From Planctomycetota bacterium (lineage in GTDB: Bacteria > Planctomycetota > Planctomycetia > Gemmatales > Gemmataceae), in the NCBI GenBank assembly GCA_021413735.1, contig JAIOPV010000276.1:5873-69872 (forward strand): a stretch of 64,000 nucleotides of DNA, given 5' to 3'. The notes below the pieces were generated by a model. It did no database searches, had not been told where the DNA came from, and worked only from the letters and a program-made list of their open reading frames with translations. The position numbers were made by a program, and so were the translations under genes. Below, piece by piece: positions 1 to 9,027 of this stretch (positions are counted from its first letter, which is position 1; each line of letters starts with the position of its first letter).

Positions 1-1455
1 GTAGTGCGGCGTGTTCCACGGCTTGCCCATCGGCTTGAAGGTGCCGGCCGTGGTGCCGAGCATGAGCACGTCGTGGAGGCTCCCGTGCTGGCTGTCCGGC
101 TCGTGGAAGAAGCGCCCCTCGGCACAGTACCCGTGGCTCTCCTGATCGGTCTTCGCCACGGGGCAGCGGGCCAGCACCTTCCCGGTGGTCACGTCGAGCA
201 TCGTCGTGCCGGACTTGTTGCGGACGAACGCCCGGTCCTGCCACACGGGCAGCCCGCTCATCCCGCCGCTGACGAACCCGACCTTCTCCTCGCCGGTGTG
301 TTCCCAGATCTTCTTCGCGCCGGTCGGCGTGATCTTCCACCCGCTCGCGCGGCCAACGAGTTTCTCGTCGCCCGGTCCCATCGGTTCCTTGCCGGCGTTC
401 AGCAGCAGCACATCGCCCGCGACGGATAGGGTCGATTCCTGCCGGCCCGTGTCGAGCGACCACCGCTCCTTGCCGGTGAGCGGTTCAAGGCACCGCACCT
501 TGCCCTCGATGTTCCCGCACAGGACGGACTCGCCGCTCTGGTGAACCCAGCGCGTCGGCGTGGCATGGTGGGCGAGGCACTTCGGCACCTGCCACAGCTT
601 CTTGCCGGTCGCACCGTCGAACCCGATCAGCCCGCCCTGGAAGTCAGGGCAGACGAATACGCCCGCCGCGAACGTCGAGCCGTTGCAGTGCCCGCGGTTG
701 ATGCCGCCGAACGCCTTCTTCTCGGCGAGGCCCTTCTTCTTGGTCTCTTCGAGCTTCGTATGCTCCGCGCCGAGGTCGCTCTCCCACTCCATCTTCCCGG
801 TCGCGGCATCGAGGCAGTAGACGCGGCAGGTCGAGCCGATGACGTACACTCGGCCACCGAACACGGCCCCGGTGTGGTTGGTGATGATGCTCTTGTGGTC
901 GGTCCAGTTGAGACCCTTGTCCTTGAACACCTGCTTCCAGAGCGTCTTGCCGGTGGCGGCATCGACGCACAACACCACGTCGTCGGCCGACACCTTCCAG
1001 TAGTCCGGGGTCCAGGTGCCCGGCCCCTTGTCGCGCTTCTGCTGCTCGCCGGCGTCGATCACCTCGCCGGACGGCACGAAGTAGCTGGCGAACACGCGGC
1101 CATCGGCGACGAGCAGGCTCGCGGCCCCGCCGCCGGGGAGCGGGATGCCGCCACCGGAGATGACCTCGCCGCCGCCCGCAAGCGGGATGTTGATGGGCTT
1201 AAAGTCCTTGAGCGAGATGCCGTGCCACCCGTGCCCACCGTACCGCGGGCTCTGGGCGGCGCCGGGCGGGGTGGGTTCGGCGCTCTTCCACACCAGCCGC
1301 GCGTCCTTCAGGTCATCGACCAGTGTAAGGCTGCAGTCGGTGGCGCTGAAGTTGCCGTTCGGCCCGTGGTAGCACGGCCACGACGGGGCGTCCGCCGCGC
1401 GAGCGACGAGGGGAGTCAGGGCGGCGAGGCCGAGGGCCACGAGGAAGCGTTGCAT
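1..1455 (-). CDS. Secreted PQQ-like beta-propeller protein (PQQ_2/BamB-like), 3' end runs off the window
   Basis: Hand translation from ATG at 1455: MQRFLVALGLAALTPLVARAADAPSWPCYHGPNGN..., with propeller motifs VLCVDAATGKTLW, VYCLDAATGKMEW and LIGFDGATGKKLW. The frame is open to position 1, so it is absent from the ORF track. Confidence 0.85.
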   Translation of the reverse strand, partial: MQRFLVALGLAALTPLVARAADAPSWPCYHGPNGNFSATDCSLTLVDDLKDARLVWKSAEPTPPGAAQSPRYGGHGWHGISLKDFKPINIPLAGGGEVISGGGIPLPGGGAASLLVADGRVFASYFVPSGEVIDAGEQQKRDKGPGTWTPDYWKVSADDVVLCVDAATGKTLWKQVFKDKGLNWTDHKSIITNHTGAVFGGRVYVIGSTCRVYCLDAATGKMEWESDLGAEHTKLEETKKKGLAEKKAFGGINRGHCNGSTFAAGVFVCPDFQGGLIGFDGATGKKLWQVPKCLAHHATPTRWVHQSGESVLCGNIEGKVRCLEPLTGKERWSLDTGRQESTLSVAGDVLLLNAGKEPMGPGDEKLVGRASGWKITPTGAKKIWEHTGEEKVGFVSGGMSGLPVWQDRAFVRNKSGTTMLDVTTGKVLARCPVAKTDQESHGYCAEGRFFHEPDSQHGSLHDVLMLGTTAGTFKPMGKPWNTPHY

Positions 1456-1483
1456 GGCGGTTGTCGGGGTTGGCGGGCGCGGT

Positions 1484-1693
1484 TCACTTCTTGTAATCAG
1501 CTTCGTTCTTCTCGGCAGCCCAGAACAAAGCCCGCGCGAGCATGACACGGACGCTCTCGTGGCCCTCGATGTACCGCGGGTCGTGGACCGTGTAGACCGT
1601 CCGCTGCTTGGTCTGCTTGTTGACCCGGCACCACGTCTGCGGCCCCTTCGAGTCCTTCATCTCGATCAGCACGGTCACGTCGTCGGCCTGCAT
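1484..1693 (-). pseudogene. Headless C-terminal fragment of a ThuA-like gene
   Basis: The 69 aa (...GPQTWCRVNKQTKQRTVYTVHD...ESVRVMLARALFWAAEKNEADYKK) align by eye with only the last ~70 aa of the ThuA-like protein at 8252-9007 (...GEPQVWTRTHPTSKQRIVYAIHD...EPVRTLVARAIFWAANADENAYRKK). Confidence 0.75.
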
Positions 1694-1705
1694 GGTCCCG
1701 CCGCG

Positions 1706-2038
1706 TCAGTACTGCGTCGTAACGGCCACGTTGCCGGTCAGACCCTTCAGGGTGTTGGTTTCATTGTCCTTGTTGAACTCGGTCCACGCCTTGCCGTTGA
1801 CCGTCACGCCCTTGATCGGCGCGGACTTGGGATGGCGGAAACGCAGGACCACTTCTTTCGGCGCCTTGCGAGACGACAACTCGATGGTGGCACTGGTCTT
1901 GCCGTTGTCCGCGTCCGAGACGAGCTCGTAGGCCACCGTGCCGAAGTGCGTCGGCGCGTTCTTGACGCTGATCTTCTTGCCCTGCTCCAGCCAGGCACGA
2001 GGAGTGGCGCGGGCCAGCCAAAGCGACTGGCCAGCCAA
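1706..2038 (-). pseudogene. Headless C-terminal fragment of a large glycoside-hydrolase-like protein
   Basis: SLWLARATPRAWLEQGKKISVKNAPTHFG...VVLRFRHP...VTVNG resembles the C-terminal beta-sandwich of large six-hairpin-glycosidase-like proteins. There is no catalytic domain upstream, and the TTG start is created by a tandem duplication. Confidence 0.6.
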
Positions 2039-2053
2039 AGCGACTGGCCAGCC
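2012..2053. repeat. 17-bp tandem duplication (2.5 copies)
   Basis: ggccagccaaagcgact at 2012-2028 and 2029-2045, plus a partial copy at 2046-2053. The unit is not a multiple of 3. Confidence 0.95.
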
Positions 2054-2153
2054 CGAGCTCCAACCACTGCTGCCTCGGTGTTGCTGTTGCCAGCCATAGT
2101 CTTCTTGTGCCTGAGTTCATCGACCTTTGCTTCCGAAGCCGACACGGTTGGCA

Positions 2154-3407
2154 TCACGACAAGCCAGGCAGCCCCGCCTCAAAGCGTTTGAACTTGCCGC
2201 CGCAAATGTCGGCTCGTTGTAGCATCGTGGTGAAAACCTGGCCGAACAGTGTGCGGTCGTCGGGGAACATCAGATGCTGGCCGTGGCGAATGCCAAAGTT
2301 ACCGCCGCCAGCGAACAGCAGGGGGATCTTGCGGACTCCGTGCGAACCGGTGCCGTTGCTGAAGTCCTCGCCGTTGTTCATGCCGCTGCCAAAGACGATC
2401 ATCGTGTTGTCCAGGAGGTTGCCCCCCGCATCGGGCGTATTTTTCATTCGCTTCAGGAACTCGGCGAAAAAACTCACCTGCTGGCGATCGGACTCGGCGA
2501 CTTTCGCGAGTTTGGAGGGGTCGCCCCCGTGGTGGGTGTCGCCATGCACGCGGGTGATTTCCCGTGAGGACAAGTAGGTGACGACCCGGGTCGAATCAGT
2601 CTTCAGCGCGAGATGGATCAGTTCGTACATGGCCGGAATTCGTCCGCGATTGTTGTCCAGGAAGGCGGCGTCCGCCTCAGGCCGGGGATTGCGGAGCCAG
2701 GCTTCCTCCCGAACGATGGCTTGTTCGACCTCGCGGATGCTTTCGAGGTATTCGGTCAAGCGCCGCGAATCGACCGCTCCGAGCGACCGTCGGATGGCTG
2801 CCACCTCCCCCTTCAGGTCGTCGAGAATGCTTCGACGGCTCGCCAAACGCCGTTCCGCCTCTGCCATTGATGCTGCGTCCGGCGTCACGAACAAGCGGTT
2901 GAAAATCTGACGGGGATCGGCCTGGGCGGGCAGCGGCGTTCCCCGTTCGTTGAACGAGAGCGTATGCGTCAACCGTTTCGCCCCCGTCCCGCTCTGCACG
3001 CTGAGTTGTAGCGAAGGGAATCGCACGTCCCGGCCCAGATGAGGTGCCGCCAACTGATCGAGCGAGATCGAGTTGTTCCCCGCGGGGTTGTCGGCGGTCA
3101 ACCAAGTGTCTGCGGCGGAGTGGCCGTTGAAGTCGTATTCGTGACGTAGCCCGGAGACGATCGACAACTGGTCGCGATGCGCCTCCAGCGCCTGGAGGGT
3201 CGGCGACAACTTGTACTTTTTGCCGGTTTCTCGGGGATACCACTCTTCATTCACCACACCAGACGCGAAGTAAATGAAGACCATCCGCGGCTTGGCCTTG
3301 GTCACCTCGGCCTTGGGAGAACCGGAGACCATCACCTCCAGCATCGGCAAGGCGAGCGTCGCGCAGCCCCCCTTGATCACCTGTCGTCGGGACATGATTG
3401 AAATCAT
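2154..3407 (-). CDS. DUF1552 (HXXSHH-family) protein, module 1
   Basis: 417 aa. N-terminal SRRQVIKGG..LALPMLE, R...DSTRVVT, His motif HGDTHH, and GNLLDNTMIVFGSGM. Confidence 0.92.
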   Translation of the reverse strand: MISIMSRRQVIKGGCATLALPMLEVMVSGSPKAEVTKAKPRMVFIYFASGVVNEEWYPRETGKKYKLSPTLQALEAHRDQLSIVSGLRHEYDFNGHSAADTWLTADNPAGNNSISLDQLAAPHLGRDVRFPSLQLSVQSGTGAKRLTHTLSFNERGTPLPAQADPRQIFNRLFVTPDAASMAEAERRLASRRSILDDLKGEVAAIRRSLGAVDSRRLTEYLESIREVEQAIVREEAWLRNPRPEADAAFLDNNRGRIPAMYELIHLALKTDSTRVVTYLSSREITRVHGDTHHGGDPSKLAKVAESDRQQVSFFAEFLKRMKNTPDAGGNLLDNTMIVFGSGMNNGEDFSNGTGSHGVRKIPLLFAGGGNFGIRHGQHLMFPDDRTLFGQVFTTMLQRADICGGKFKRFEAGLPGLS

Positions 3408-3435
3408 CGGTTACACTTCCACGTTGTTAAGTTTG

Positions 3436-6033
3436 TCAATGGCTGCGAAATTCATCGCTAAGAACCAGTTCCTCAATCAGCGTCCCCAGGCGATAGTCTT
3501 TATCTTTCAGTAGGCCACGAAGCCGGGCGACAGTCCGGCGATCTTGGAATCGCAGAGATCGGCCCAGGGAGTAGACCATCATTTTCTCGACGAAACACTG
3601 GATGAACGGATCGGGGGCGTCCCTCAAGGCACGCCGCAGTTGGTCGGGGCCATCGATCTCGCGTCCATCGGGCATGGTGGCCCGGGCGTCGATCTTCGGA
3701 CTGTCGAACCGTTTCTTCAGGCCATCGGCCTCGCGGTCGCGCCAGAGGCCTACGGCGTTGTAACGCTCCAGGGCGAATCCGATCGGATCGATCTTGCTGT
3801 GACAGCGGGCGCAGCTCTTGACGTCGCGGTGGATTTCGAGCTGTCGACGCTGCGTCACTTCGTTCAGGCCGGGAACCTTGTTGGCGAGTTCCCCGGCGTT
3901 GTCGGGCGGAGGCGGAGGCGGATCACCGAGGATGTTCTCCAAGATGAACGCGCCTCGCGCAACGGGCGAGGTCCGTGTGCTGTTGGAGGTGATTTTGAGG
4001 ATGCTGGCATGACCTAAGACGCCGCCCCGATGGTACTCCGGTGCCAGCTTAACCCGACGAAACTGATCGCCCAAAACCCCGGCGATTTTGTAGTGTTCCG
4101 CGAGCGTCTCGTTGAGCATCGTCCAGTCCGAATCGAGGAAGTTCAAGATGCTCAGATCCCGGCGGAGCACTTCGTGGAAGAACTCAACCGTCTCGAGCCC
4201 CATGCTGCGTTCGAGTTGCTTGCTGTACTTGTACAATTCGGGGTCGGGTTCCGCGGCACCAATCCGCTTCAGGTGCAGCCATTGCGAGGCGAAGTTCTCT
4301 GCCAACGCATAGGCACGGCGATCCTGGAGCATTCGCCGAACTTGTTTCCGTAACCCTTCCGGCTTCCCGAGTTCGCCGGATTCGGCGGCGCGCAGCAACT
4401 CGTCGTCGGGGCAACTGCTCCAAAGAAAGTAGGAGAGCCGTGAGGCGAGTCCCTGTGGCGAAAGTCGCTGATTGGGCTGAGCCGAAACGCGATCGCTTCC
4501 GACGAAGAGAAAATCGGGCGAAACGAAAACCGCCACCAGCGTTGCCCGCAGTGCTTCGCCGAAGGGAGCCCCCCGGTCGCGCTCGGCTTTGAACCGCTTC
4601 ACGTATCGTTCGACCGTCTCCGGCGAAACCGATCGGCGAAACGCTCGCGGCAGCATACGCTGGAGCGTCTCGCGGACCACGGCCATCTCCTCGCGTTCTC
4701 TTGGCAAAACGCCGGGGATGCGCAGCGTCGCATCTTGCACCGGCGGCAGAGGCCCCTCGACCTCGATGTAATCGATCTCGATCAGGTGGTGATAGAAATC
4801 CAACGCAGCCTGAAGTTGAGGTTCGCGATTCTTGTCCGTGTTCGGGTAAGGGCCTTTCTCCCGAAACGTCGTGCGAAACTGAATATCGAGCCGCAACGAA
4901 GAGTTGTCGCCAACGCGGACTTCTTCCAGCTCGCGAAACAGCATCAGTTCATGGGTCTTCCACTCGTTGGGCGCGAGTTCCACGTTCATGGCGACGGCGT
5001 CCACGGGCCGGTCGTCCGGGTGGCCCGTAAGCACCTGCATCAAGACCGGGTGGTTGAGCCCAGCCGGCTTGACGATCGGGCGACAACGAATGCGATACCG
5101 ATAGAGCCCCGGCTGACGCACCAGACAGTCCGCGCCGAAGGTGAACGTATCCCAGACCACCGCTCCGTTTTCGTTCAACAGCGGAAAGCCCAACCGACGA
5201 GTTCCGGTGAACGGATTCGCCCTCATGCGTTCGGCCTGGAAATCTTTCGCGAACGAACCGTCGCCATCCGATTTTCCGAGATTGATGAAGTAGACACCGG
5301 GCATCGGCGGCGCATCGTCCTTAAAGCGATCGCGGCAGTGAAGGTTGTCCTCAATTTTCCGGGCGGCGTTGCTTCCGGGAGCCGCGTAATCGATTCGCCA
5401 GTGGTGCGTGGGACGAGCCCAGTCCATGGCCAACGTCAACTGGCGTTCCGCCAATTGCAGGTACAACTCCAAATGCAACTTCGACAGCGACAGCCCGCCC
5501 CCGACCGTCTCGAATCCGTCGATCGCCGTCTCCTCGGGCAAGAGATGATGGAACGGCCGAAATCCGTGCGTCCCGCGCGGCATCCCCAAAACATCGTTGA
5601 GGGTGTTCTCGAATTCGACGCGATTCAGACGCCTGCTGAACGGTTTTGCGTCGCGATGCCCCTCCGCGTCCACGAACTGCCAAAGCTGCTTCTCCATCGC
5701 TTCGGCCACGAGCGTTCGCTCTTTGGGCGAGACGTCCTCGTTCGGCGGCGGAGGCATCTTCCCTTTGGCGACCTGGTGAAATGCCTTCTCGTAAGTCCGA
5801 AATCGTTCCCCGTTGAGAGTCGTTCCAGGCTTGAGCAATGGCTCAATGCTGAAGCCGCCTTTCGATGAACCCTTGGCGTGACAGCCGGAACAGTGATCCT
5901 GAAAGAACCTCGCTACTTTCTCCTGAATCTTGACCTCTTCGGCTTTATCCCCAGCCTGCGCGGACGCACAAAACGCGCCGCAAAAGAGGATCGCCGCAGC
6001 CCTCCATCGATGGATCGTTCCCGCGAAAGTCAT
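3436..6033 (-). CDS. Planctomycete diheme cytochrome c, PSCyt1-DUF1587-DUF1595-DUF1592-DUF1588-DUF1585 architecture, module 1
   Basis: 865 aa. Signal peptide, CSGCH, RRLNRVEF, LASRLSYFLWSSCPD, RGGVLGHAS, SPVARG and CARCH. Confidence 0.93.
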   Translation of the reverse strand: MTFAGTIHRWRAAAILFCGAFCASAQAGDKAEEVKIQEKVARFFQDHCSGCHAKGSSKGGFSIEPLLKPGTTLNGERFRTYEKAFHQVAKGKMPPPPNEDVSPKERTLVAEAMEKQLWQFVDAEGHRDAKPFSRRLNRVEFENTLNDVLGMPRGTHGFRPFHHLLPEETAIDGFETVGGGLSLSKLHLELYLQLAERQLTLAMDWARPTHHWRIDYAAPGSNAARKIEDNLHCRDRFKDDAPPMPGVYFINLGKSDGDGSFAKDFQAERMRANPFTGTRRLGFPLLNENGAVVWDTFTFGADCLVRQPGLYRYRIRCRPIVKPAGLNHPVLMQVLTGHPDDRPVDAVAMNVELAPNEWKTHELMLFRELEEVRVGDNSSLRLDIQFRTTFREKGPYPNTDKNREPQLQAALDFYHHLIEIDYIEVEGPLPPVQDATLRIPGVLPREREEMAVVRETLQRMLPRAFRRSVSPETVERYVKRFKAERDRGAPFGEALRATLVAVFVSPDFLFVGSDRVSAQPNQRLSPQGLASRLSYFLWSSCPDDELLRAAESGELGKPEGLRKQVRRMLQDRRAYALAENFASQWLHLKRIGAAEPDPELYKYSKQLERSMGLETVEFFHEVLRRDLSILNFLDSDWTMLNETLAEHYKIAGVLGDQFRRVKLAPEYHRGGVLGHASILKITSNSTRTSPVARGAFILENILGDPPPPPPDNAGELANKVPGLNEVTQRRQLEIHRDVKSCARCHSKIDPIGFALERYNAVGLWRDREADGLKKRFDSPKIDARATMPDGREIDGPDQLRRALRDAPDPFIQCFVEKMMVYSLGRSLRFQDRRTVARLRGLLKDKDYRLGTLIEELVLSDEFRSH

Positions 6034-6144
6034 GATCTGCCCCTTCTGAAACGCGCCGCTGTCTCTTGAGGCTGCCGTTGTGGACTACCATCCGGCCCGC
6101 CTGCTCACTGGTGGGATCGGGTGGGATCGTTGACGATTCGTTAG

Positions 6145-6793
6145 CTACTTTTTCTTTAACTTCCCAGCCATGCGAACGGGATCGAGGCTCGGCTGCCAGA
6201 GATACTGTTCGTCTTGCGTGATGCGGTCCGGGCCCAAGAAGGGGCGTATCGGTTGCCGAGTCTCGGCGAGTTTCGCCACCGGATCGAGAATCGTTCCCGA
6301 TACCAGATCGACGCGCACGCCTCGGGCGGGCTTATCCTTGCTGGTCTTTGGAGCTTGGAACTCACTTGCGGTAGATCACCAGACGATGGGCCACCGCGGG
6401 ATGGTCGTCCCAGTCCTTATTCGGGCCATCGGTGAACTTGCCGCCGTTGGAGAGCTTGTCGTCGACGTTCGTCTTGCTAGGCGAGTAGGAAAACGGGTTC
6501 CAGGCCGCGAACGTTTCGCCGTCCGGAGCGATGAAGAGATGAACGAAGGGGCCGACCGGCGGGAGCCCGACGAAATCGCCCGTGCGCGATTGGCCAGTTT
6601 TGGTGTCCTTCCAGTGAAACTTCCATTGGCCGGCCTCGGGATCTTTCGGGTTGGCACCGACCAACTCGGCTGTCACCACGAAGCGGCCGTCCTGCGTCTG
6701 ACAGCCATCGACGTACTCCTGTCGCGCTCGCCCGGCATGGAGAGTAGACGCAGCCAGCAGCAAACAAACTATTGCAATAGATGATTTCATCAT
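6145..6793 (-). pseudogene. Secreted hypothetical protein, apparently broken by an internal deletion or frameshift
   Basis: MMKSSIAIVCLLLAASTLHA...HRLVIYRK stops at 6362. A second frame (6366-6145) continues with protein-like SEFQAPKTSKDKPARGVRVDLVSGTILDP...GKLKKK* and has no start codon. The ATG at 6793 overlaps the upstream TGA. Confidence 0.6.
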
Positions 6794-8034
6794 TTCTCTC
6801 CGATGCACCAGAGTTTCGATTGGCCCAACAGCAGTAGACGGCCGTCCGCGACCGCGGGGGAGGCGTGCCCAGGATCGCCGAGATCGTTGTTGGCGAGCAC
6901 CATGAACTCCGCCCCCGCTTGCACGACGACGCTCTTTCCCGCCGAAGCCAAATAGATGCGTCCCTTCGCGTCGGCGACGGGGCTGGCCCACGCGGAACTC
7001 GCGCCGACACGCTCCTGATACACCTTCTCGCCGGTCTTCAAGCTTCGACAAATGAGGATGCCGTTGTTGTGCAATCGGTAGATGTGTTCGCCGACGATCA
7101 CGGGCGAGCCCAAGCTTTCCGGTACGTTCGCGGTCCATTTGCTGGGTACGGGCGAGGCAGCGTCGCCGGTGGGAATGGAGACCAAGGTGGCGAGCCCGCC
7201 TCGGCCGCTGTCGAAGTAGACGCGATCGCCGGCGAGGACGGGGGTCGCGGTCGAGGCGATCCCCGCAGCCCACCAGAGTTTCTTGCCCGTCAGCGGATCA
7301 AAGGCTTGCAGGGCGTTGTTCGCCGGCTCCTTACTGGAAGCAGCGATCAGCATCTGCGTGCCGATCTTCCCAGACGCCAACACGGGCGTCGAATGCCCGT
7401 AGCCCATGTCTTTGAGACGCAGATCATAGACGATGTCGCCCGTCTGTTTTTTGAACGCGATCAGGCGAGGCTCTTTGTTGAGGCCACAAAAGACAATCAC
7501 CAGATCCTGATACAAGATCGGGCTGGTCGCCATTTCGAAGTTGTAATGGAACGGCTTGAGCTCGTAACGCCATTTCAACTTGCCCGCCGTATCGATCGCG
7601 ACCAGCACCGACGAGCCAAACAGAGCGTAAACGCGTTCGCCGTCGGTGCAAGGCGTGGAGTTGGCATACCCCAAGCCGCGATCGCCTTTCAAAGCCCCGC
7701 GTTTGGCCGGGCCCGGCTCCACCGCGGTCTTCCACAGCCGTTTGCCATCACTGAGCTGAAAACACTGGACGTGATGTAAGGGTTGTTCACCATCGGGATT
7801 CGCGGCGACATTGGCGATATAGACGCGGTCCTTCCACACGATGGGGCTCGAAGTTCCTTGTCCCTCGGCATCGACGGACCAGCGAATGTTCTTCCCGGAC
7901 TTCGCGTTCCATTCGAGCGGTAGGTTGTCGCGCGTGGTGACGCCGCAACCACCCGGGCCACGGAACTGAGGCCAATCCTCGGCGCTGGAGACGCTGGGTA
8001 GCAATGCAAATACAAGCGGCATGAAATAACGCAT
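6790..8034 (-). CDS. Secreted PQQ-like beta-propeller protein
   Basis: Probable start MRYFMPLV at 8034. Motifs EDWPQFRGP, SSPIVWKDRVY, STPCTDGERVYALFGS, ASPVADAKGRIY and HASPAVADGRL. Confidence 0.9.
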   Translation of the reverse strand: MRYFMPLVFALLPSVSSAEDWPQFRGPGGCGVTTRDNLPLEWNAKSGKNIRWSVDAEGQGTSSPIVWKDRVYIANVAANPDGEQPLHHVQCFQLSDGKRLWKTAVEPGPAKRGALKGDRGLGYANSTPCTDGERVYALFGSSVLVAIDTAGKLKWRYELKPFHYNFEMATSPILYQDLVIVFCGLNKEPRLIAFKKQTGDIVYDLRLKDMGYGHSTPVLASGKIGTQMLIAASSKEPANNALQAFDPLTGKKLWWAAGIASTATPVLAGDRVYFDSGRGGLATLVSIPTGDAASPVPSKWTANVPESLGSPVIVGEHIYRLHNNGILICRSLKTGEKVYQERVGASSAWASPVADAKGRIYLASAGKSVVVQAGAEFMVLANNDLGDPGHASPAVADGRLLLLGQSKLWCIGEK

Positions 8035-8160
8035 GGTTGATAGTAGCCCCTTGATCGGCATCGCGTTGTGTCTCAGGAAGCTCATGGGCCGACCTTCGCA
8101 GTTTTCGTGTTCATGGGTCAACACATCCTTGGTCCACTCTTGGTCGGTGAGATCCGTCAC
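8035..8160 (-). pseudogene. Possible degenerate DUF1501 3' tail
   Basis: The in-frame upstream extension SVTDL...HENCEGRPMSFLRHNAMPIKGLL resembles DUF1501 C-termini in this window (NSDGRPVPLTDYGTEPVAAVL, QQRPVPILPSGQSIRELL). Similarity judged by eye only. Confidence 0.4.
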
Positions 8161-8188
8161 GCTCGAACGTGGGGATCGGGTCCGACGG

Positions 8189-8247
8189 GTCCGACACCGA
8201 ACCCCGTCCACTGAAGTGAGCAGACGGCGTGCAGAGAAAACACACAC
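8189..8247. repeat. Dispersed ~60-bp intergenic repeat, copy 1
   Basis: gtccgacaccgaaccccgtccactgaagtgagcagacggcgtgcagagaaaacacacac matches 30844-30904 apart from 2 substitutions and 2 extra A in that copy. Confidence 0.95.
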
Positions 8248-8251
8248 AAGA

Positions 8252-9007
8252 TCACTGCTTTTTCCGGTAAGCGTTCTCGTCCGCGTTCGCCGCCCAGAAA
8301 ATCGCCCGGGCGACGAGGGTGCGAACCGGCTCGGACCTTCCCAGGTCGTGGCCGTCGTGAATGGCGTAGACGATCCGCTGTTTGGAGGTCGGATGGGTGC
8401 GAGTCCACACCTGTGGCTCTCCGCTCGCCGATTCGAGGATGACGGAAAGGTCGTTGAGCGACTTGTGAACGTAGAGGTGTTCCTTGGGATACAAATCGGC
8501 GACGGTGAGTCCCTTCAGAATCGGATGGTCGGCTTGGCCTTCCCGAGGTCGAAGCTTCGCTTGCAAATGGTCCGCGAACGTCGCGCCGAAGGTGACCTGG
8601 CCGTACTTCTGCGAGTCAACGGCGGAACCTTTGGGTACCTTGAAACCCGCGCCGTGATGGCTGCGACGCATGCCCACGAGCGGCTTCGAAGCGTAAAGTT
8701 TCAGCACGGCGTCGGACTGCTTCTCATCGAGTTCCACGTGTGTGAGTCCGGTGAGGACGACATCAGCTTCCGCTGCTTTTTCGAGGTCCGGGATCGTTTT
8801 CCGATCGGCCGGGATGAGGAGCGTGACCTCAACGCGATAATTCGCTTCGAGCCATTTGGGAAAGGCTTCGTAGCCCGCCTTGTTGTCGCGGATGCCGAAC
8901 GCGGGGGTCAGGATGGCGACCTTGAGCGGCGGCGTCTTGTCGTCGGCTAGGGCACTTGAGGCCGCGAACAGCGTCAGCAGAGTCAGGACGAGAATGCGAA
9001 ATCGCAT
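8252..9007 (-). CDS. Secreted ThuA-like (class I glutamine amidotransferase-like fold) protein
   Basis: Start MRFRILVLT (signal peptide). Contains ADVVLT, KPLVGMRRSHH, FGATFADH, DHPILKG, EHLY and EPQVWTR. Confidence 0.75.
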   Translation of the reverse strand: MRFRILVLTLLTLFAASSALADDKTPPLKVAILTPAFGIRDNKAGYEAFPKWLEANYRVEVTLLIPADRKTIPDLEKAAEADVVLTGLTHVELDEKQSDAVLKLYASKPLVGMRRSHHGAGFKVPKGSAVDSQKYGQVTFGATFADHLQAKLRPREGQADHPILKGLTVADLYPKEHLYVHKSLNDLSVILESASGEPQVWTRTHPTSKQRIVYAIHDGHDLGRSEPVRTLVARAIFWAANADENAYRKKQ

Positions 9008-9027
9008 GACAGTCTCCTTGCAGGTGT

